From Elusimicrobiota bacterium (lineage in GTDB: Bacteria > Elusimicrobiota > Elusimicrobia > Elusimicrobiales > UBA9959): a stretch of DNA of 64,000 nucleotides. A model generated the notes under the pieces. It was not told the DNA's origin and made no database searches. It saw only the letters and a list, made by a program, of their open reading frames with translations. The position numbers and the translations under genes are program-made. The stretch is from contig DAIENX010000038.1 in the NCBI GenBank assembly GCA_027340875.1, positions 1 to 64,000 of the forward strand, written 5' to 3'. Shown one piece after another: positions 20,844 to 31,338 of the stretch; within the stretch, counting starts at the first letter, position 1; each line of letters opens with the position of its first letter.

Positions 20844-20960
20844 TCTGGGTAGCTCTCCGGTCAAAGGCGTTCTGCCGCTGACAGCGGCCTGCCATTATTA
20901 TATATAAACTTACCACCCGTTTGAATACCGCCTAAAAAATTGTTTAAATATGCACTTAAC

Positions 20961-21788
20961 ATGTGTCGCATAACGGCAATAATCTCTTCCTCCCCGGCCT
21001 CTCAGTCGGAGCTGCTCTGCGGCTCCGCAAAGAGCCTGCTGGCGCAGGCCGGCGCCGTCAAAGGACGCTACCAGGACGACGGATGGGGAATAGGGCATTT
21101 CCGCCGCGGCGAAACGGCGGTGGTCAAGAGCCCGCGCCCGGCACGCCTTGAGAAGAGCGCGTTCTCCGCCGCGGCAGCAGGGGCCGTATCCGGGGTCACG
21201 CTGGCCCATGTCCGCTACGCCTCCGCCCCCGGGGTCCCCAGGTCCGCGCAGCGGCGCCCCGAGAACACCCAGCCCTTTTCAGCCGGCGGCTTCATTTTCG
21301 CCCATAACGGCACCCTCTTCGTCAAGGACGAGGTCCGCTCGCTGCTCGGCGGTTACGCCTCCAAGGTGCGCGGGACGGGGGATTCGGAGGTCATCTTCTG
21401 GCAGGTGATGAAGATGCTCGACGCGTACGGCTCCCCGGAGGCGGCGCTGGCGGCCGCCGTGGACGAGATACGCACCATCTGGGTCTCGTGCCGCGACGCG
21501 AAGCCCGGAAGGAAAAGGCCGTACACCTCCCTCAACCTCTTTCTGGCCTCTAAAGATTCGCTGACCGTGCTGTGCCACGCGCCCAGCAGCGACGCCAGGA
21601 CCGCCCTGACCACGCCGGGCTGGGAATACGGCAGGATAGCGTGGCGGCGGGAAAAGGGACGCGTGATCTTCTCCAGCGAGCCGGCCGACGAAGTCCCCGG
21701 CTGGAAGAAGATGAACGACCCTGAGATCGCCTCCGCCTCCGTCAGAGGCGGGAAGATCTCCCTCGCGTTCAAAAGGATAACCCTATGA
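20961..21788 (+). CDS. class II glutamine amidotransferase (YafJ/EgtC-like)
   Basis: N-terminal MCR (catalytic Cys2), DGWG, AHVRYAS, NTQPF, FAHNG, GDSE. Confidence 0.88.
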   Translation: MCRITAIISSSPASQSELLCGSAKSLLAQAGAVKGRYQDDGWGIGHFRRGETAVVKSPRPARLEKSAFSAAAAGAVSGVTLAHVRYASAPGVPRSAQRRPENTQPFSAGGFIFAHNGTLFVKDEVRSLLGGYASKVRGTGDSEVIFWQVMKMLDAYGSPEAALAAAVDEIRTIWVSCRDAKPGRKRPYTSLNLFLASKDSLTVLCHAPSSDARTALTTPGWEYGRIAWRREKGRVIFSSEPADEVPGWKKMNDPEIASASVRGGKISLAFKRITL

Positions 21789-22411
21789 AATGGTTCCTGA
21801 TGCTTCTCATCTTCGTCGCCGGGATCTACTACCTGGTCAACCAGAAGAAGGAAGCCGCCCGGCAGCAGACGCTCGTCGAAGAGGCCAAGAAGGGACAGGC
21901 CGCCGTGCTCAAGGACCCGGACCTCCCGATCAAGCCGGAAAAGACCTACCTGATAAAGTTCTCTATGGCCACGCTGAAAACGCTGCACGCCCTGACCCAG
22001 GACGCCAACGCCAAGGTCCGCTTCGCCTCCGCGGAGCTGCTCTGGCAGCTGCAGGACGAGGAGGCCCCGGCCGTCATCAAGAACATGCTGGAGAACGAGA
22101 CCGACCCGTCGGTGAAAAATCAGCTCATCGACATGCTGGCCAAGGACAAAAGCAAGCTCAGCCTGGCCCTGCTCACCGAGGCGCTCAAGGACTACGACAG
22201 GGATACCCGCCTGCACGCGGTAAAGGCCATAGGCACGTTCTCCAACAAGGAAGCCATACCCGCCCTGGACAGGGCGCTGCAGGACTACGACGAGGAAGTG
22301 CGCCTGACCGCCATCCAGGCCGTCAACACGATACGCAAGGACATCGAGGCCCACAAGGAGCAGCAGCTCCGCGAACTGGAGGCCAAGAAGCCCCTTTTCC
22401 GCATAGAGTGA
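21785..22411 (+). CDS. membrane-anchored HEAT-repeat protein
   Basis: N-terminal TM; repeats of LxDxxxxVRxxA. Confidence 0.82.
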   Translation: MKWFLMLLIFVAGIYYLVNQKKEAARQQTLVEEAKKGQAAVLKDPDLPIKPEKTYLIKFSMATLKTLHALTQDANAKVRFASAELLWQLQDEEAPAVIKNMLENETDPSVKNQLIDMLAKDKSKLSLALLTEALKDYDRDTRLHAVKAIGTFSNKEAIPALDRALQDYDEEVRLTAIQAVNTIRKDIEAHKEQQLRELEAKKPLFRIE

Positions 22412-22431
22412 CCCGGGGCCGGGGCGGGACC

Positions 22432-22513
22432 GGGGTCAGGTCCTGGATCTTGACTTTCCCGCCGGCGGCCGCGTACACCGACGAACCGCGGTCAAGATTC
22501 AAGACCTGACCCC
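22432..22513. repeat. REP/REPIN-like intergenic inverted-repeat element
   Basis: ggggtcaggtcctggatcttgac (22432-22454) and gtcaagattcaagacctgacccc (22491-22513), 21/23 complementary; a third copy flanks the IS at 41745. Confidence 0.8.
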
Positions 22514-22558
22514 AGACAGGCCGCGCAACCGTTATTCCCAAAGGAGCGTATATATAAT

Positions 22559-23548
22559 ATGGACTCTGAAATCTCGAAGCTGAACCAGAAGATACAGCAG
22601 GACTCGCTGTTCATCCAGGACCTCCGCCGCGAGCTGGCCAAGGTGGTAGTCGGCCAGGAGGACCTGATAAACAGCCTGCTCGTGGGCCTGATAGCCAACG
22701 GGCACGTGCTGGTGGAAGGCGTCCCCGGCCTCGCGAAGACGCTCACGGTAAAGACCCTGGCATCCGCGATGAACGCCGCCTTCCAGCGCATCCAGTTCAC
22801 CCCGGACCTGCTGCCTGCGGACATCGTAGGCACGCTGGTCTTCAACCCTAAGGAGAACACCTTCAGCGTGCGCAAGGGCCCGATCTTCGCGAACATCATC
22901 CTCGCGGACGAGATCAACCGCGCCCCGGCCAAGGTGCAGAGCGCGCTGCTGGAGGGCATGCAGGAGCGCCAGGTCACGATCTCCGACTCCACGTTCAAGC
23001 TGCCGGAGCTGTTCATGGTGCTGGCCACCGAGAACCCTATAGAACAGGAGGGCACCTACCCGCTGCCGGAGGCGCAGGTGGACCGCTTCATGCTGAAGGT
23101 CAACATCACCTACCCGACCAAGCAGGAGGAGGCGAAAGTGCTGGAGCTGATGGCCACCCAGAACCTGCCGCAGGCCGCCAAGGCCGTGACCGCGGAGCAG
23201 GTGCTGCAGGCCCGCCGCACGGCCGACCTGATCTACGTCGACGACAAGATCAAGAACTACGTACTGGACCTGGTCATAGCCACGCGCGAGCCGGAGAAGC
23301 ACGGCCTGCCGAAGATAAAACCGTGGATAAACTACGGCGCCAGTCCCCGCGCCACGATCTTCATGATACAGGCGGCCAAGGCCTACGCCTTCATCAACGG
23401 CCGCGGCTACGTCACCCCGGAGGACATCAAGGCCGTCGGCCTAGACGTGCTCCGTCACCGCGTGCTGCTGACCTACGAGGCCGAAGCCGAGAACATCACC
23501 TCGGAGGACATAGTCAAGAGCATCTTCGAGGCGGTGGAGGTACCCTAA
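22559..23548 (+). CDS. moxR: MoxR family AAA+ ATPase
   Basis: HVLVEGVPGLAKT, RIQFTPDLLP, LADEINRAPAKVQSALL. Confidence 0.95.
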   Translation: MDSEISKLNQKIQQDSLFIQDLRRELAKVVVGQEDLINSLLVGLIANGHVLVEGVPGLAKTLTVKTLASAMNAAFQRIQFTPDLLPADIVGTLVFNPKENTFSVRKGPIFANIILADEINRAPAKVQSALLEGMQERQVTISDSTFKLPELFMVLATENPIEQEGTYPLPEAQVDRFMLKVNITYPTKQEEAKVLELMATQNLPQAAKAVTAEQVLQARRTADLIYVDDKIKNYVLDLVIATREPEKHGLPKIKPWINYGASPRATIFMIQAAKAYAFINGRGYVTPEDIKAVGLDVLRHRVLLTYEAEAENITSEDIVKSIFEAVEVP

Positions 23549-23649
23549 CAGCCGGGAACTGAGCGCCCGAAAGCCGGAGCCAGGCCGCGTTATCCGCGGC
23601 CGCCGGCACGAGCTTTCCGGCGTTCCGGCATACCAGCGAGCGTCCCGTT

Positions 23650-24537
23650 ATGAACACCGCGGAACTCCTAAAGAAGGTACGGCAGATAGAGATAACTACC
23701 GGCCGCCTGGTCAGCGAGACCTTCGCCGGCCAGTACCAGAGCGTGTTCAAGGGCCGCGGCATAGAGTTCTCCGAGGTGCGCGAGTACGTGCCCGGCGACG
23801 ACGTCCGCTCGATAGACTGGAACGTCACGGCCCGCGCCCGCAAGCCTTTCGTCAAGCAGTACATCGAGGAACGCGAGCTGACGCTGATGATACTCTGCGA
23901 CGTCTCCGCGTCGCAGGCCTTCGGCTCGGCCTCCAAACCCAAGAGCGAGGCCGCGGCGGAGCTGGCGGCCATGTTCGCGTTCTCCGCGCTAAAGAACAGC
24001 GACAAGAGCGGCCTGCTGCTGTTCTCGGACAAGCCCGAGCTCTACATCCCTCCGCGCAAGGGCCGCAACCACAGCCTGCGCATCATCCGCGAGCTGCTGG
24101 CTTTCACGCCCAAGAGCCGCGGCACCGACGTGGCGATGGCCCTCAGGATGGCCAACCGCGTGATGAAGAGACGCGGCATCATAATCCTGATCTCCGACTT
24201 CAATTCTCCGGACTACACCAAGGAAGTGCGCCTCACCTCCACCCGCCACGACCTGATACCGGTGGTGATAACGGACCGCTTCGAGCGCGAGCTCCCGGCG
24301 GCCGGAGCGCTGCTGGTCTCGGAAGGGCTCGAGAGCGGGGCCGGCTTCACGGCCGACCTGGCCAGCCCGGCCTACCGGGCTCTCTACGCCAGGGAGGCCG
24401 CCTCGCGCCGCTCGGCGCTGGAAGCCGTACTGCGCTCCGCCGGGGCCGACTGGATAGACATAGACCCGGCCCTGCCCGTGCACGGCCCGGTGGTGAAATT
24501 CTTCCGCCAAAGGAGAAAGATCTTCAAGCTGCTATGA
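23650..24537 (+). CDS. DUF58 domain protein
   Basis: SVFKGRGIEFSEVREYVPGDDVRSIDWNVTAR; follows moxR. Confidence 0.92.
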   Translation: MNTAELLKKVRQIEITTGRLVSETFAGQYQSVFKGRGIEFSEVREYVPGDDVRSIDWNVTARARKPFVKQYIEERELTLMILCDVSASQAFGSASKPKSEAAAELAAMFAFSALKNSDKSGLLLFSDKPELYIPPRKGRNHSLRIIRELLAFTPKSRGTDVAMALRMANRVMKRRGIIILISDFNSPDYTKEVRLTSTRHDLIPVVITDRFERELPAAGALLVSEGLESGAGFTADLASPAYRALYAREAASRRSALEAVLRSAGADWIDIDPALPVHGPVVKFFRQRRKIFKLL

Positions 24538-25511
24538 GGCTCCCCGCGCTGTTCCTGCTGACGCTGCTGGCCCGCCCGGCGTCCGCCGACGATTCCGTCT
24601 CGCTCTCCGTGACCCCGCCGGCCGGAGAGGTGCGCCTGGCCGCGGAGTTCAAGCTGAAAGTGGACGCCTCCCTGCCCGAAGGCTTCTCCATCCGCCCTGA
24701 CACCGCGGCGGCCGGCGGCGAGGATTTCGAAGTGCTCTCCTTCACGAGGACGGCCGACGAGAAGGCCGCAGGCCGGAGGAAGGAGACGTTCGAGGTGCGC
24801 GCCAGGGCCTTCACGATAGGCTCCAGCACCTTCCCGGCCATAGCCTGGAGACTTTCGGGGCAAGGCGTCCCGCCGGACACCCTGGTAATGACCAGCACCT
24901 TCACGCTGGCGGTCTCGCCCGCCTTTGCGACCAAGGAGGGGGAGGACATCCGGGACATCTACGAGCCGTACGGTTATTTCCCCTGGCCCTGGGCCATAGC
25001 CGGCCTCGCCGCGGTACTGCTGGCCGCCTGGCTGCTCTCGCGCCGCCGCGGTAAGGCCGCGGCCGCCGCGGCCTCCTGGAAGGATACCCGCGACCCCTAC
25101 CAGCGCGCCAGGGACAGGCTGGGCGGGCTGGAGAAGTCCAAACTGCTCGATGACGGCAGGCTCAAGGAGTACTACATCGGCCTCACATCCATCCTCCGCC
25201 TCTACCTGCGCGAGGAGTTCTCCATAGACGCCGTGCAGATGACCACGGGCGACCTGAGCCGCGAACTAAAGAGGACCGGCGCGCCGCTGGCCACGGCGCT
25301 GAAGGCCAGGGAGCTGCTGCAGAGGTCCGACCTGGTGAAGTTCGCCAGGATGAAGCCGGAGAACGCCGCCGACGACTCGGAGGCGCTGATAGGTCTGCTG
25401 ATGGATTTCCACCGGACGGCGGAGAACGCCAGGACCCTCGCCGCGGAAAAGGCCGCGCAGGCCGCCGGCAAGGCGGCCCGGGCCGGCGGGGCCGGGGGGA
25501 GAAGCGTATGA
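24534..25511 (+). CDS. Bat-operon membrane protein (BatD-like N-terminus)
   Basis: Signal peptide, TM, C-terminal LRLYLRE...MTT...DLVKFAR typical of the gene preceding batA. Confidence 0.75.
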   Translation: MRLPALFLLTLLARPASADDSVSLSVTPPAGEVRLAAEFKLKVDASLPEGFSIRPDTAAAGGEDFEVLSFTRTADEKAAGRRKETFEVRARAFTIGSSTFPAIAWRLSGQGVPPDTLVMTSTFTLAVSPAFATKEGEDIRDIYEPYGYFPWPWAIAGLAAVLLAAWLLSRRRGKAAAAAASWKDTRDPYQRARDRLGGLEKSKLLDDGRLKEYYIGLTSILRLYLREEFSIDAVQMTTGDLSRELKRTGAPLATALKARELLQRSDLVKFARMKPENAADDSEALIGLLMDFHRTAENARTLAAEKAAQAAGKAARAGGAGGRSV

Positions 25512-26494
25512 ACGGCTTCAAGTACCCGCTGGTCCTGCTGCTGCTGCCCCTGCTGGGGCTGCTGGCTGGCCTGGCCAGCTCCCAGCGCCTGCGCCGCCAC
25601 CAGTCCGCCGGAGTGCCGGTGCAGCTCCCCGCGCTCAAGACCGCGCGCGCCCGTCTCTTCGCCATAGTCCCTTTCTGGGGCCGTGTTGCCGCCCTGGCCC
25701 TGCTGGTAGTGGCGCTGGCCCGCCCGCAGCAGGCGACCAGGGGAGAGGTCCCGCCGGCGGAAGGCATAGACATCATGCTCGCGCTGGACACCTCGTATAG
25801 CATGGCGGCGGAGGATTTCAATCCGTTCACTCGCCTGGACGCCGCCAAGAAGGCGGCGGAGGATTTCGTAAAGAAACGGCGCAACGACAGGATAGGCGTG
25901 GTGGTCTTCGGCGGCGCGGCGATGCTCTCCTGCCCGCTCACGCTGGACTACCAGTCCGTGCTCGACATGATAGACGCCTCCTACCTCAATATGACGCGCG
26001 CCGAGGGCACCGCCATAGGCGACGCCATAGTCACGGCCGTGAACCACCTGAAGGAGAGCAAGGCCAAGAGCAAGGTCATAGTCCTGCTGACCGACGGGCG
26101 CTCGAACACCGGCATGGTGACCGACCTGGCGCTGGCGGCGAAGACCGCCAAGGCCTTCGATATAAAGATCTACACCATAGGCACCGCCGGCAAGGGACGC
26201 GCGCCCATCAGCACGGGGGACCCGCTGCAGCCGGTGGCCTACATCGACGACGACCTGGACGAGCCGGCGCTGCGCGAGATTGCCGGCCTGACCGGCGGCG
26301 AGTTCTACCGCGCGAAGAACTACGCCGAGCTGCAGAACATCTACGACAAGATAGACACGCTGGAGAAGACGAAGTTCGAGGTGAAGAGCTACACCGAGTA
26401 CTCGGACAAGTACCTCTATTTCCTCTGGCCGGCGCTGGCCCTGCTGGTCCTGGTGGTGGCGCTGGAAAAAACGTACCTGAGATCGATACCGTGA
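25508..26494 (+). CDS. batA: VWA domain protein BatA
   Basis: ALARPQ, MIDAS motif DTSYSM, GTAIGDA, LLTDG. Confidence 0.9.
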   Translation: MNGFKYPLVLLLLPLLGLLAGLASSQRLRRHQSAGVPVQLPALKTARARLFAIVPFWGRVAALALLVVALARPQQATRGEVPPAEGIDIMLALDTSYSMAAEDFNPFTRLDAAKKAAEDFVKKRRNDRIGVVVFGGAAMLSCPLTLDYQSVLDMIDASYLNMTRAEGTAIGDAIVTAVNHLKESKAKSKVIVLLTDGRSNTGMVTDLALAAKTAKAFDIKIYTIGTAGKGRAPISTGDPLQPVAYIDDDLDEPALREIAGLTGGEFYRAKNYAELQNIYDKIDTLEKTKFEVKSYTEYSDKYLYFLWPALALLVLVVALEKTYLRSIP

Positions 26495-26495
26495 T

Positions 26496-28220
26496 ATGGA
26501 ACTGTTCCGCTCGCCGTTAACACTGGCCTGGCTGGCCGCCGCTTTCGCGGCGCTGCTGGTCTTCCGCTACAAGGCGGAGGAAAAGCGCCTGGCCGCCGCG
26601 CGCTCGGTCCTCGGGCCCGCGTTCGACGGCTACGCGGCCGGGCCGGAGGCCGCGCGCCGCAGGCTGCGCGGCGTTCTCTACTTCGCCGCGCTGGCCCTGC
26701 TCTGCCTGGCGGCCGCCGGGCCGCAGTGGGGGGTGGAGCTCACCCCGGTGACGGACCTGAAGGGCAACATCGTCATCGCCGTGGACACCTCGCTCTCGAT
26801 GGGCGCCCGCGATCTCAAGCCCGACCGCCTCTCCAACGCCCGCCTGCTGCTGGGCGCGATAGCGGAGAAGTTCGCGGATTACCGCGTGGGCGTGGCCGCC
26901 TTCGCCGGGGACGCCTACGTACAGTGCCCGCTCACCACCGACCAGGACGCTCTCACCTATTTCGCCTCCGGCCTGCGCCCCGGCATGCTGCCGGTGCAGG
27001 GCACCGACTTCTCCGCCGCCATCGACACCGTGCTCGGCATGCTGTCGCGCTACGGCGGCCAGAAGGTGATGGTACTGGTGACGGACGGCGAGGACCATTC
27101 CACCACGCTCGACACCGTGCTGAAGGACGCCGAGGCCCAGAACCTTAAGATCTTCACGATAGGCATAGGCAGCCCCGACGGCGAGCTGGTGCCGATGACC
27201 GACTCCGCCGGCAACACGATGGAGTACAAGAAGGACAGCCACGGCAAGACCGTGGTCAGCCGGCTCGACGAGGCCGCGCTGATCAAGATAGCCAGCCGCA
27301 CCGGCGCCGCCTATATCCGCTATTCCGGCCCCGACTCCGCCGCCGACGCCGTGCGCTCGGCCGTCTCGGCGCTGGACCTGCAGAAGAGCAAGGGCAAGGG
27401 ACGCTCAGGCTACAAGAACCGCTACCAGTGGCCGCTGGCTTTAGCGCTGCTGCTGCTTTTGATAGAATTGCTGGTGATGGAGAAGGGCTTCCGCTTCGGC
27501 CTGCGCCTGCCGTCCCTGCGTCTCTTCGGGAAGTCCGGCGCGGCCGCGCTGCTGCTGCTCGCGCCCGCCGCCAAAGCAGGCGGCGCCGCCGAGGCCAGGA
27601 AGGGCAACTACGCCTACCGGGCCTCCGACTGGCAGAACGCGATAGAGCACTACAACAGGGCCCTCTCCGCCGAGCCGGCCGACAAGCGCCTCAATTTCAA
27701 TACCGGGGACGCGTATTACCGGCAGGAAGAGTACGACAAGGCGGCCGAGGCCTTCTCCCAGGCCGCCGCCGCGCCGAAGGTGGCCGTGAAGGCCGAATAC
27801 AACCGCGGCAACGCGCTCTACCGCAAGGGCGACCTGGCCGGCGCGATATCGGCCTACAGGACCGCGCTCGACAAGGACCCCGAGAACCAGGACGCGCTGT
27901 TCAACCTGCAGAAGGCGCTGGAGAAGAAGCAGAAGAAGTCCTGCCCCAACCCCCAGGACAAGAAGAAGGACAAGGACAAGAAGGACCAGGAGAAGAAGGA
28001 CGGCAAGCAGGACCAGAAGCAGGGCGGCGGAGGCGACAAGGACAAGCAGCAGCAGAGCGAACAGGAGAAGCGCAAGGCGGAAGCCAGGGAGCGCAGCAGG
28101 CAGATACTCGAGATGATGAAGGAACGCGAGAAATCCGCGGCCCGGGACCCCGAGGCCATACGACAGTCCGCCGTGAGGCAGGGCAAGCCCGAGCAGCAGA
28201 AGCGTCTGGAGGACTGGTGA
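26496..28220 (+). CDS. batB: VWA + TPR protein (BatB/BatC fusion)
   Basis: GPQWG, DTSLSM, VTDGEDH, then TPR repeats and a K/D/Q-rich tail ending EDW. Confidence 0.88.
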   Translation: MELFRSPLTLAWLAAAFAALLVFRYKAEEKRLAAARSVLGPAFDGYAAGPEAARRRLRGVLYFAALALLCLAAAGPQWGVELTPVTDLKGNIVIAVDTSLSMGARDLKPDRLSNARLLLGAIAEKFADYRVGVAAFAGDAYVQCPLTTDQDALTYFASGLRPGMLPVQGTDFSAAIDTVLGMLSRYGGQKVMVLVTDGEDHSTTLDTVLKDAEAQNLKIFTIGIGSPDGELVPMTDSAGNTMEYKKDSHGKTVVSRLDEAALIKIASRTGAAYIRYSGPDSAADAVRSAVSALDLQKSKGKGRSGYKNRYQWPLALALLLLLIELLVMEKGFRFGLRLPSLRLFGKSGAAALLLLAPAAKAGGAAEARKGNYAYRASDWQNAIEHYNRALSAEPADKRLNFNTGDAYYRQEEYDKAAEAFSQAAAAPKVAVKAEYNRGNALYRKGDLAGAISAYRTALDKDPENQDALFNLQKALEKKQKKSCPNPQDKKKDKDKKDQEKKDGKQDQKQGGGGDKDKQQQSEQEKRKAEARERSRQILEMMKEREKSAARDPEAIRQSAVRQGKPEQQKRLEDW

Positions 28221-30076
28221 AGAGGATGCTGGCCGCGGCGGCCGGCGCCGCAATGCTGGCCGCGGCGCTCTGCGCGCCGGCGGCGGCCCTGCTCACCGTG
28301 AGCGCGGAGACCGACCGCGACACGGTGGAGATAGACGGCAACCTCTACCTGACCGTCACGGTGGCGGGGGACTCGGCCAACGTGCCCGAGCCCAAGCTGC
28401 CGAACATGCAGAACTTCAACGTCTACTCCTCCGGGCGCAGCCAGAGCATCTCGATAATCAACGGCAAGATAACCACCTCCGTCTCCTTCACCTATATCCT
28501 GACGCCGCGCTTCATAGGCGTGCAGGCCATCCCGTCCATCTCGGTCTTCAACGGCCGGGAGAAGGCCGTCACCCCGGAGCTGAAGATAAACGTGGTCAAG
28601 GCGGCCCAGCAGCCGAAGCAGGCGGCTCAGCAGCCGGCCCAGCCGCAGCAGCAGCCGCGCCAGAAGCCGACCAGGGCGGCCAGGGCCGCCGCGGACAAGG
28701 GCGAGCAGATCTTCCTGAAGGCCGAGACCGACAAGAAGGCCGCCTACCCGGGCGAACAGATAGACATCAGCATCAGGTTCTACACCTCGGTCCCGCTCTC
28801 CTCGAACCCGCAGTACGTGCCGCCTTCGTTCACCAATCTTATCTCCGAGGACCTGCCGCCGGTGCGCAACGGCGAGACCGAGATAGGCGGCGTGCGCTAC
28901 GCCTACAGCGAGATAAAGGCGGCGCTGTTCGCGCTAGCGCCGGGCTCCGCCGAGATCAAGTCCGCCAAGGTCATAGCGCAGGTGCCGGCCACCGACCCGA
29001 TAGACCCTTTCGACCCCAACTTCTTCCAGAAGTTCATGTCGATGAGCGGCGCTCAGGGCCGCAGCCTGGAGTTCAACACCGACCCGATAAAGCTGACCAT
29101 CAAGCCGCTGCCGCACGGCGCGCCTGCCGGCTTCGACGGCGCGGTAGGCAATTTCTCCATCTCCGCCTCGGCCGACCGCCGGGACGCCAAAGTGGGGGAG
29201 GCGGTCAACTTCTCCCTTACGGTATCCGGCGGCGGCAATCTCAAGGCCGTGGTGGCCCCCAAGTTCCCCGACCTGCCGGACTTCAAGGTCTTCGACACGA
29301 TGAGCTCGCTGGACGTCAGCAAGGAGCATGACGTGATCAGCGGCAAGAAGACCTTCACCTACATCCTCGTGCCGCGCGCCGAGGGCAGGAAGACCGTCCC
29401 GCCGCTAAAGTTCTCCTATTTCGACCCGAAGGCCGGCGCCTACCGCGAACTGCAGACCGAACCCGTGACGCTCAGCGTGGAGAAGGGGGACCTCGGCGGC
29501 AAGAACCTCAATTTCGGCGCCCAGGGCACGGCCGCGCCGGTCACCGCCTCCGGCTCCGACATACGCTACGTCAGCGACCGCACCTCCGGAGGCGCGCTGC
29601 CGCTCTTGGCGGCCTCCGTGCTGGAGCTGCCGTGGTGGGTGCACGCCTTCCCCGCCGCGCTGCTGCTGCTCTCGCTCTGGATGGCGCGGGCCAACCGCTT
29701 CAAGCTGGCCAACCCGCTGCTCTTCAGGGCGCGGCAGGCGCGCAGCGAGGCCGCCAAGGACCTGGAGGAGGCCGAAGGGCTGATCAAGGCCGGCAAGACA
29801 AAAGAAGCGGTCTCTCTGCTCTACGACTCCTTCCTGGACTATCTCTCGGACAAGTGCGGGGTCAAGGTGAGCGCGCTGACGATGCGGAAAGCCGCCACCC
29901 TGATCAAGGAGCGGTTCCCGAAGGTCAGCGAGCGCTCGCTGGAGGAAATTAAAGAGCTATGGGAAGCCCTGGAGCTGCGGCATTACTCCCCGGGAACGGC
30001 GGAGGCCGAGGGTACCTCCGACCTCGCCAAGAAGTACTTCCTGCTGATGGAGCTGCTCGAGAAGGAGCTGAGATGA
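28217..30076 (+). CDS. batD: BatD family protein
   Basis: GTG start overlapping the upstream TGA; SQSISIINGK, GAVGNF, FSYFDPK; ORF-track start at 27428 is too long. Confidence 0.88.
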   Translation: MKRMLAAAAGAAMLAAALCAPAAALLTVSAETDRDTVEIDGNLYLTVTVAGDSANVPEPKLPNMQNFNVYSSGRSQSISIINGKITTSVSFTYILTPRFIGVQAIPSISVFNGREKAVTPELKINVVKAAQQPKQAAQQPAQPQQQPRQKPTRAARAAADKGEQIFLKAETDKKAAYPGEQIDISIRFYTSVPLSSNPQYVPPSFTNLISEDLPPVRNGETEIGGVRYAYSEIKAALFALAPGSAEIKSAKVIAQVPATDPIDPFDPNFFQKFMSMSGAQGRSLEFNTDPIKLTIKPLPHGAPAGFDGAVGNFSISASADRRDAKVGEAVNFSLTVSGGGNLKAVVAPKFPDLPDFKVFDTMSSLDVSKEHDVISGKKTFTYILVPRAEGRKTVPPLKFSYFDPKAGAYRELQTEPVTLSVEKGDLGGKNLNFGAQGTAAPVTASGSDIRYVSDRTSGGALPLLAASVLELPWWVHAFPAALLLLSLWMARANRFKLANPLLFRARQARSEAAKDLEEAEGLIKAGKTKEAVSLLYDSFLDYLSDKCGVKVSALTMRKAATLIKERFPKVSERSLEEIKELWEALELRHYSPGTAEAEGTSDLAKKYFLLMELLEKELR

Positions 30077-30822
30077 AAAAGCTGCTTTTCGCCTTCGTTC
30101 TCTGCCTGCCGGCCGCCGCCCGCGCCGTGGACCCCGGCGAGCTGGCGGAGCTGAACGACCTGTACCGCAGCGGCCAGTACCAGGAGGCGCTCGACGGCTA
30201 CAACAGGATCATCGCCCGCGAGCCGGCCAACCAGTGGGCCTGGTACAACGCCGGCAACGCCCTTTTCCGCCTCAACAGAATGGGCCCCGCCGTGCACAGC
30301 TACGCCAAGGCCTTCCTGCTGGACCCGCGCTCCCAGGACATCCGCGCCAACCTGGACTTCGCGCTGCGGCAGACAGGGCAGTCGCTGGTGCCGGAAGGGG
30401 CTCCGGCGGCCCTGCATTACCTCTACTACCTGCTTTCCGAGCCCGAGCTCAAGGCCCTCTCGCTGCTGCTGTTCTGGCTGGCCTGCCTGGCCGGGGCCGC
30501 GGCCTTCCTGCTCGACGGCAACAAGTGGAGCCCGGCCGCGGGCCGGGCCGCCGCCGCCGCCGGCGCGCTGCTGCTGCTCTCGGCGGCCTGGCTCGGGGCG
30601 CGCCGCGCCGGGTCCCCGTTCAGCTCGGCCGGGGTCGTAGTGAAGGCCGGCGGCACGCGCATGCTCAGCGGGCCGGGCGAGAATTTCAAGACCTACGCCT
30701 CCGCGCCCGAGGGCCGCATAGTGAAGATACTCGACACCGGCGATATGTCCTACTACGAGATAGGCCTGCCCAAGGAAGGCATAAAGGGCTGGGCCCTGAA
30801 GACGGACATCGACAAGCTCTGA
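30073..30822 (+). CDS. batE: TPR + SH3-like protein BatE
   Basis: Signal peptide, YNAGNA TPR, TMs, C-terminal KGW SH3-like domain. Confidence 0.82.
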   Translation: MKKLLFAFVLCLPAAARAVDPGELAELNDLYRSGQYQEALDGYNRIIAREPANQWAWYNAGNALFRLNRMGPAVHSYAKAFLLDPRSQDIRANLDFALRQTGQSLVPEGAPAALHYLYYLLSEPELKALSLLLFWLACLAGAAAFLLDGNKWSPAAGRAAAAAGALLLLSAAWLGARRAGSPFSSAGVVVKAGGTRMLSGPGENFKTYASAPEGRIVKILDTGDMSYYEIGLPKEGIKGWALKTDIDKL

Positions 30823-30836
30823 CCAAGGAGAACACG

Positions 30837-31286
30837 ATGAAGATAGCTTTAGCCAGCGACCACGCGGGATTCCCTCTGAAGAAAGCTCTGGCGGTGCACC
30901 TGAAGGCTCTCGGCCACGAGGTGAGGGACCTGGGAACTGATTCCGAGGACAAGCCGGTGGACTACCCGGACTTCGCCGAGAAGGCCTGCAGGGAAGTGAC
31001 CGCCGGCCGCGCGGAAAGGGCCGTGGTGGTCTGCGGCTCCGGAGTGGGAGCCTGCGTGGCCGCCAACAAGATAACCGGCATCCGCGCCGGCCTCTGCCAC
31101 GACACCTACTCCGCCCACCAGGGCGTGGAGCACGACGACATCAACGTCCTCTGCCTCGGCGCGAGGATAATAGGCCAGGCCCTCGCCTTCGAGATAGTCT
31201 CGGCCTTCACCGGCGCCCGTTTCTCCGGCGAGGAGAGGCATCAGCGCCGCCTGGACAAGGTAATAAGACTCGAGAAGTCCCATTAG
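30837..31286 (+). CDS. rpiB: ribose 5-phosphate isomerase B
   Basis: MKIALASDHAG, DYPD, CGSGVG, ANK, RHQRR; AAGGAG RBS. Confidence 0.95.
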   Translation: MKIALASDHAGFPLKKALAVHLKALGHEVRDLGTDSEDKPVDYPDFAEKACREVTAGRAERAVVVCGSGVGACVAANKITGIRAGLCHDTYSAHQGVEHDDINVLCLGARIIGQALAFEIVSAFTGARFSGEERHQRRLDKVIRLEKSH

Positions 31287-31308
31287 GTCCTCCCGAAGCC
31301 CTCTTTTC

Positions 31309-31338
31309 TTGACCGGTCCCGCCGGCAAAAGGTATAAT
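31309..31338 (+). promoter_or_regulatory. sigma70-type promoter
   Basis: TTGACC-N18-TATAAT. Confidence 0.55.

Noticed and set aside
27950..28690. K/D/Q- and Q/P-rich repetitive DNA
   Set aside because: Low-complexity protein linkers normal for BatC and BatD
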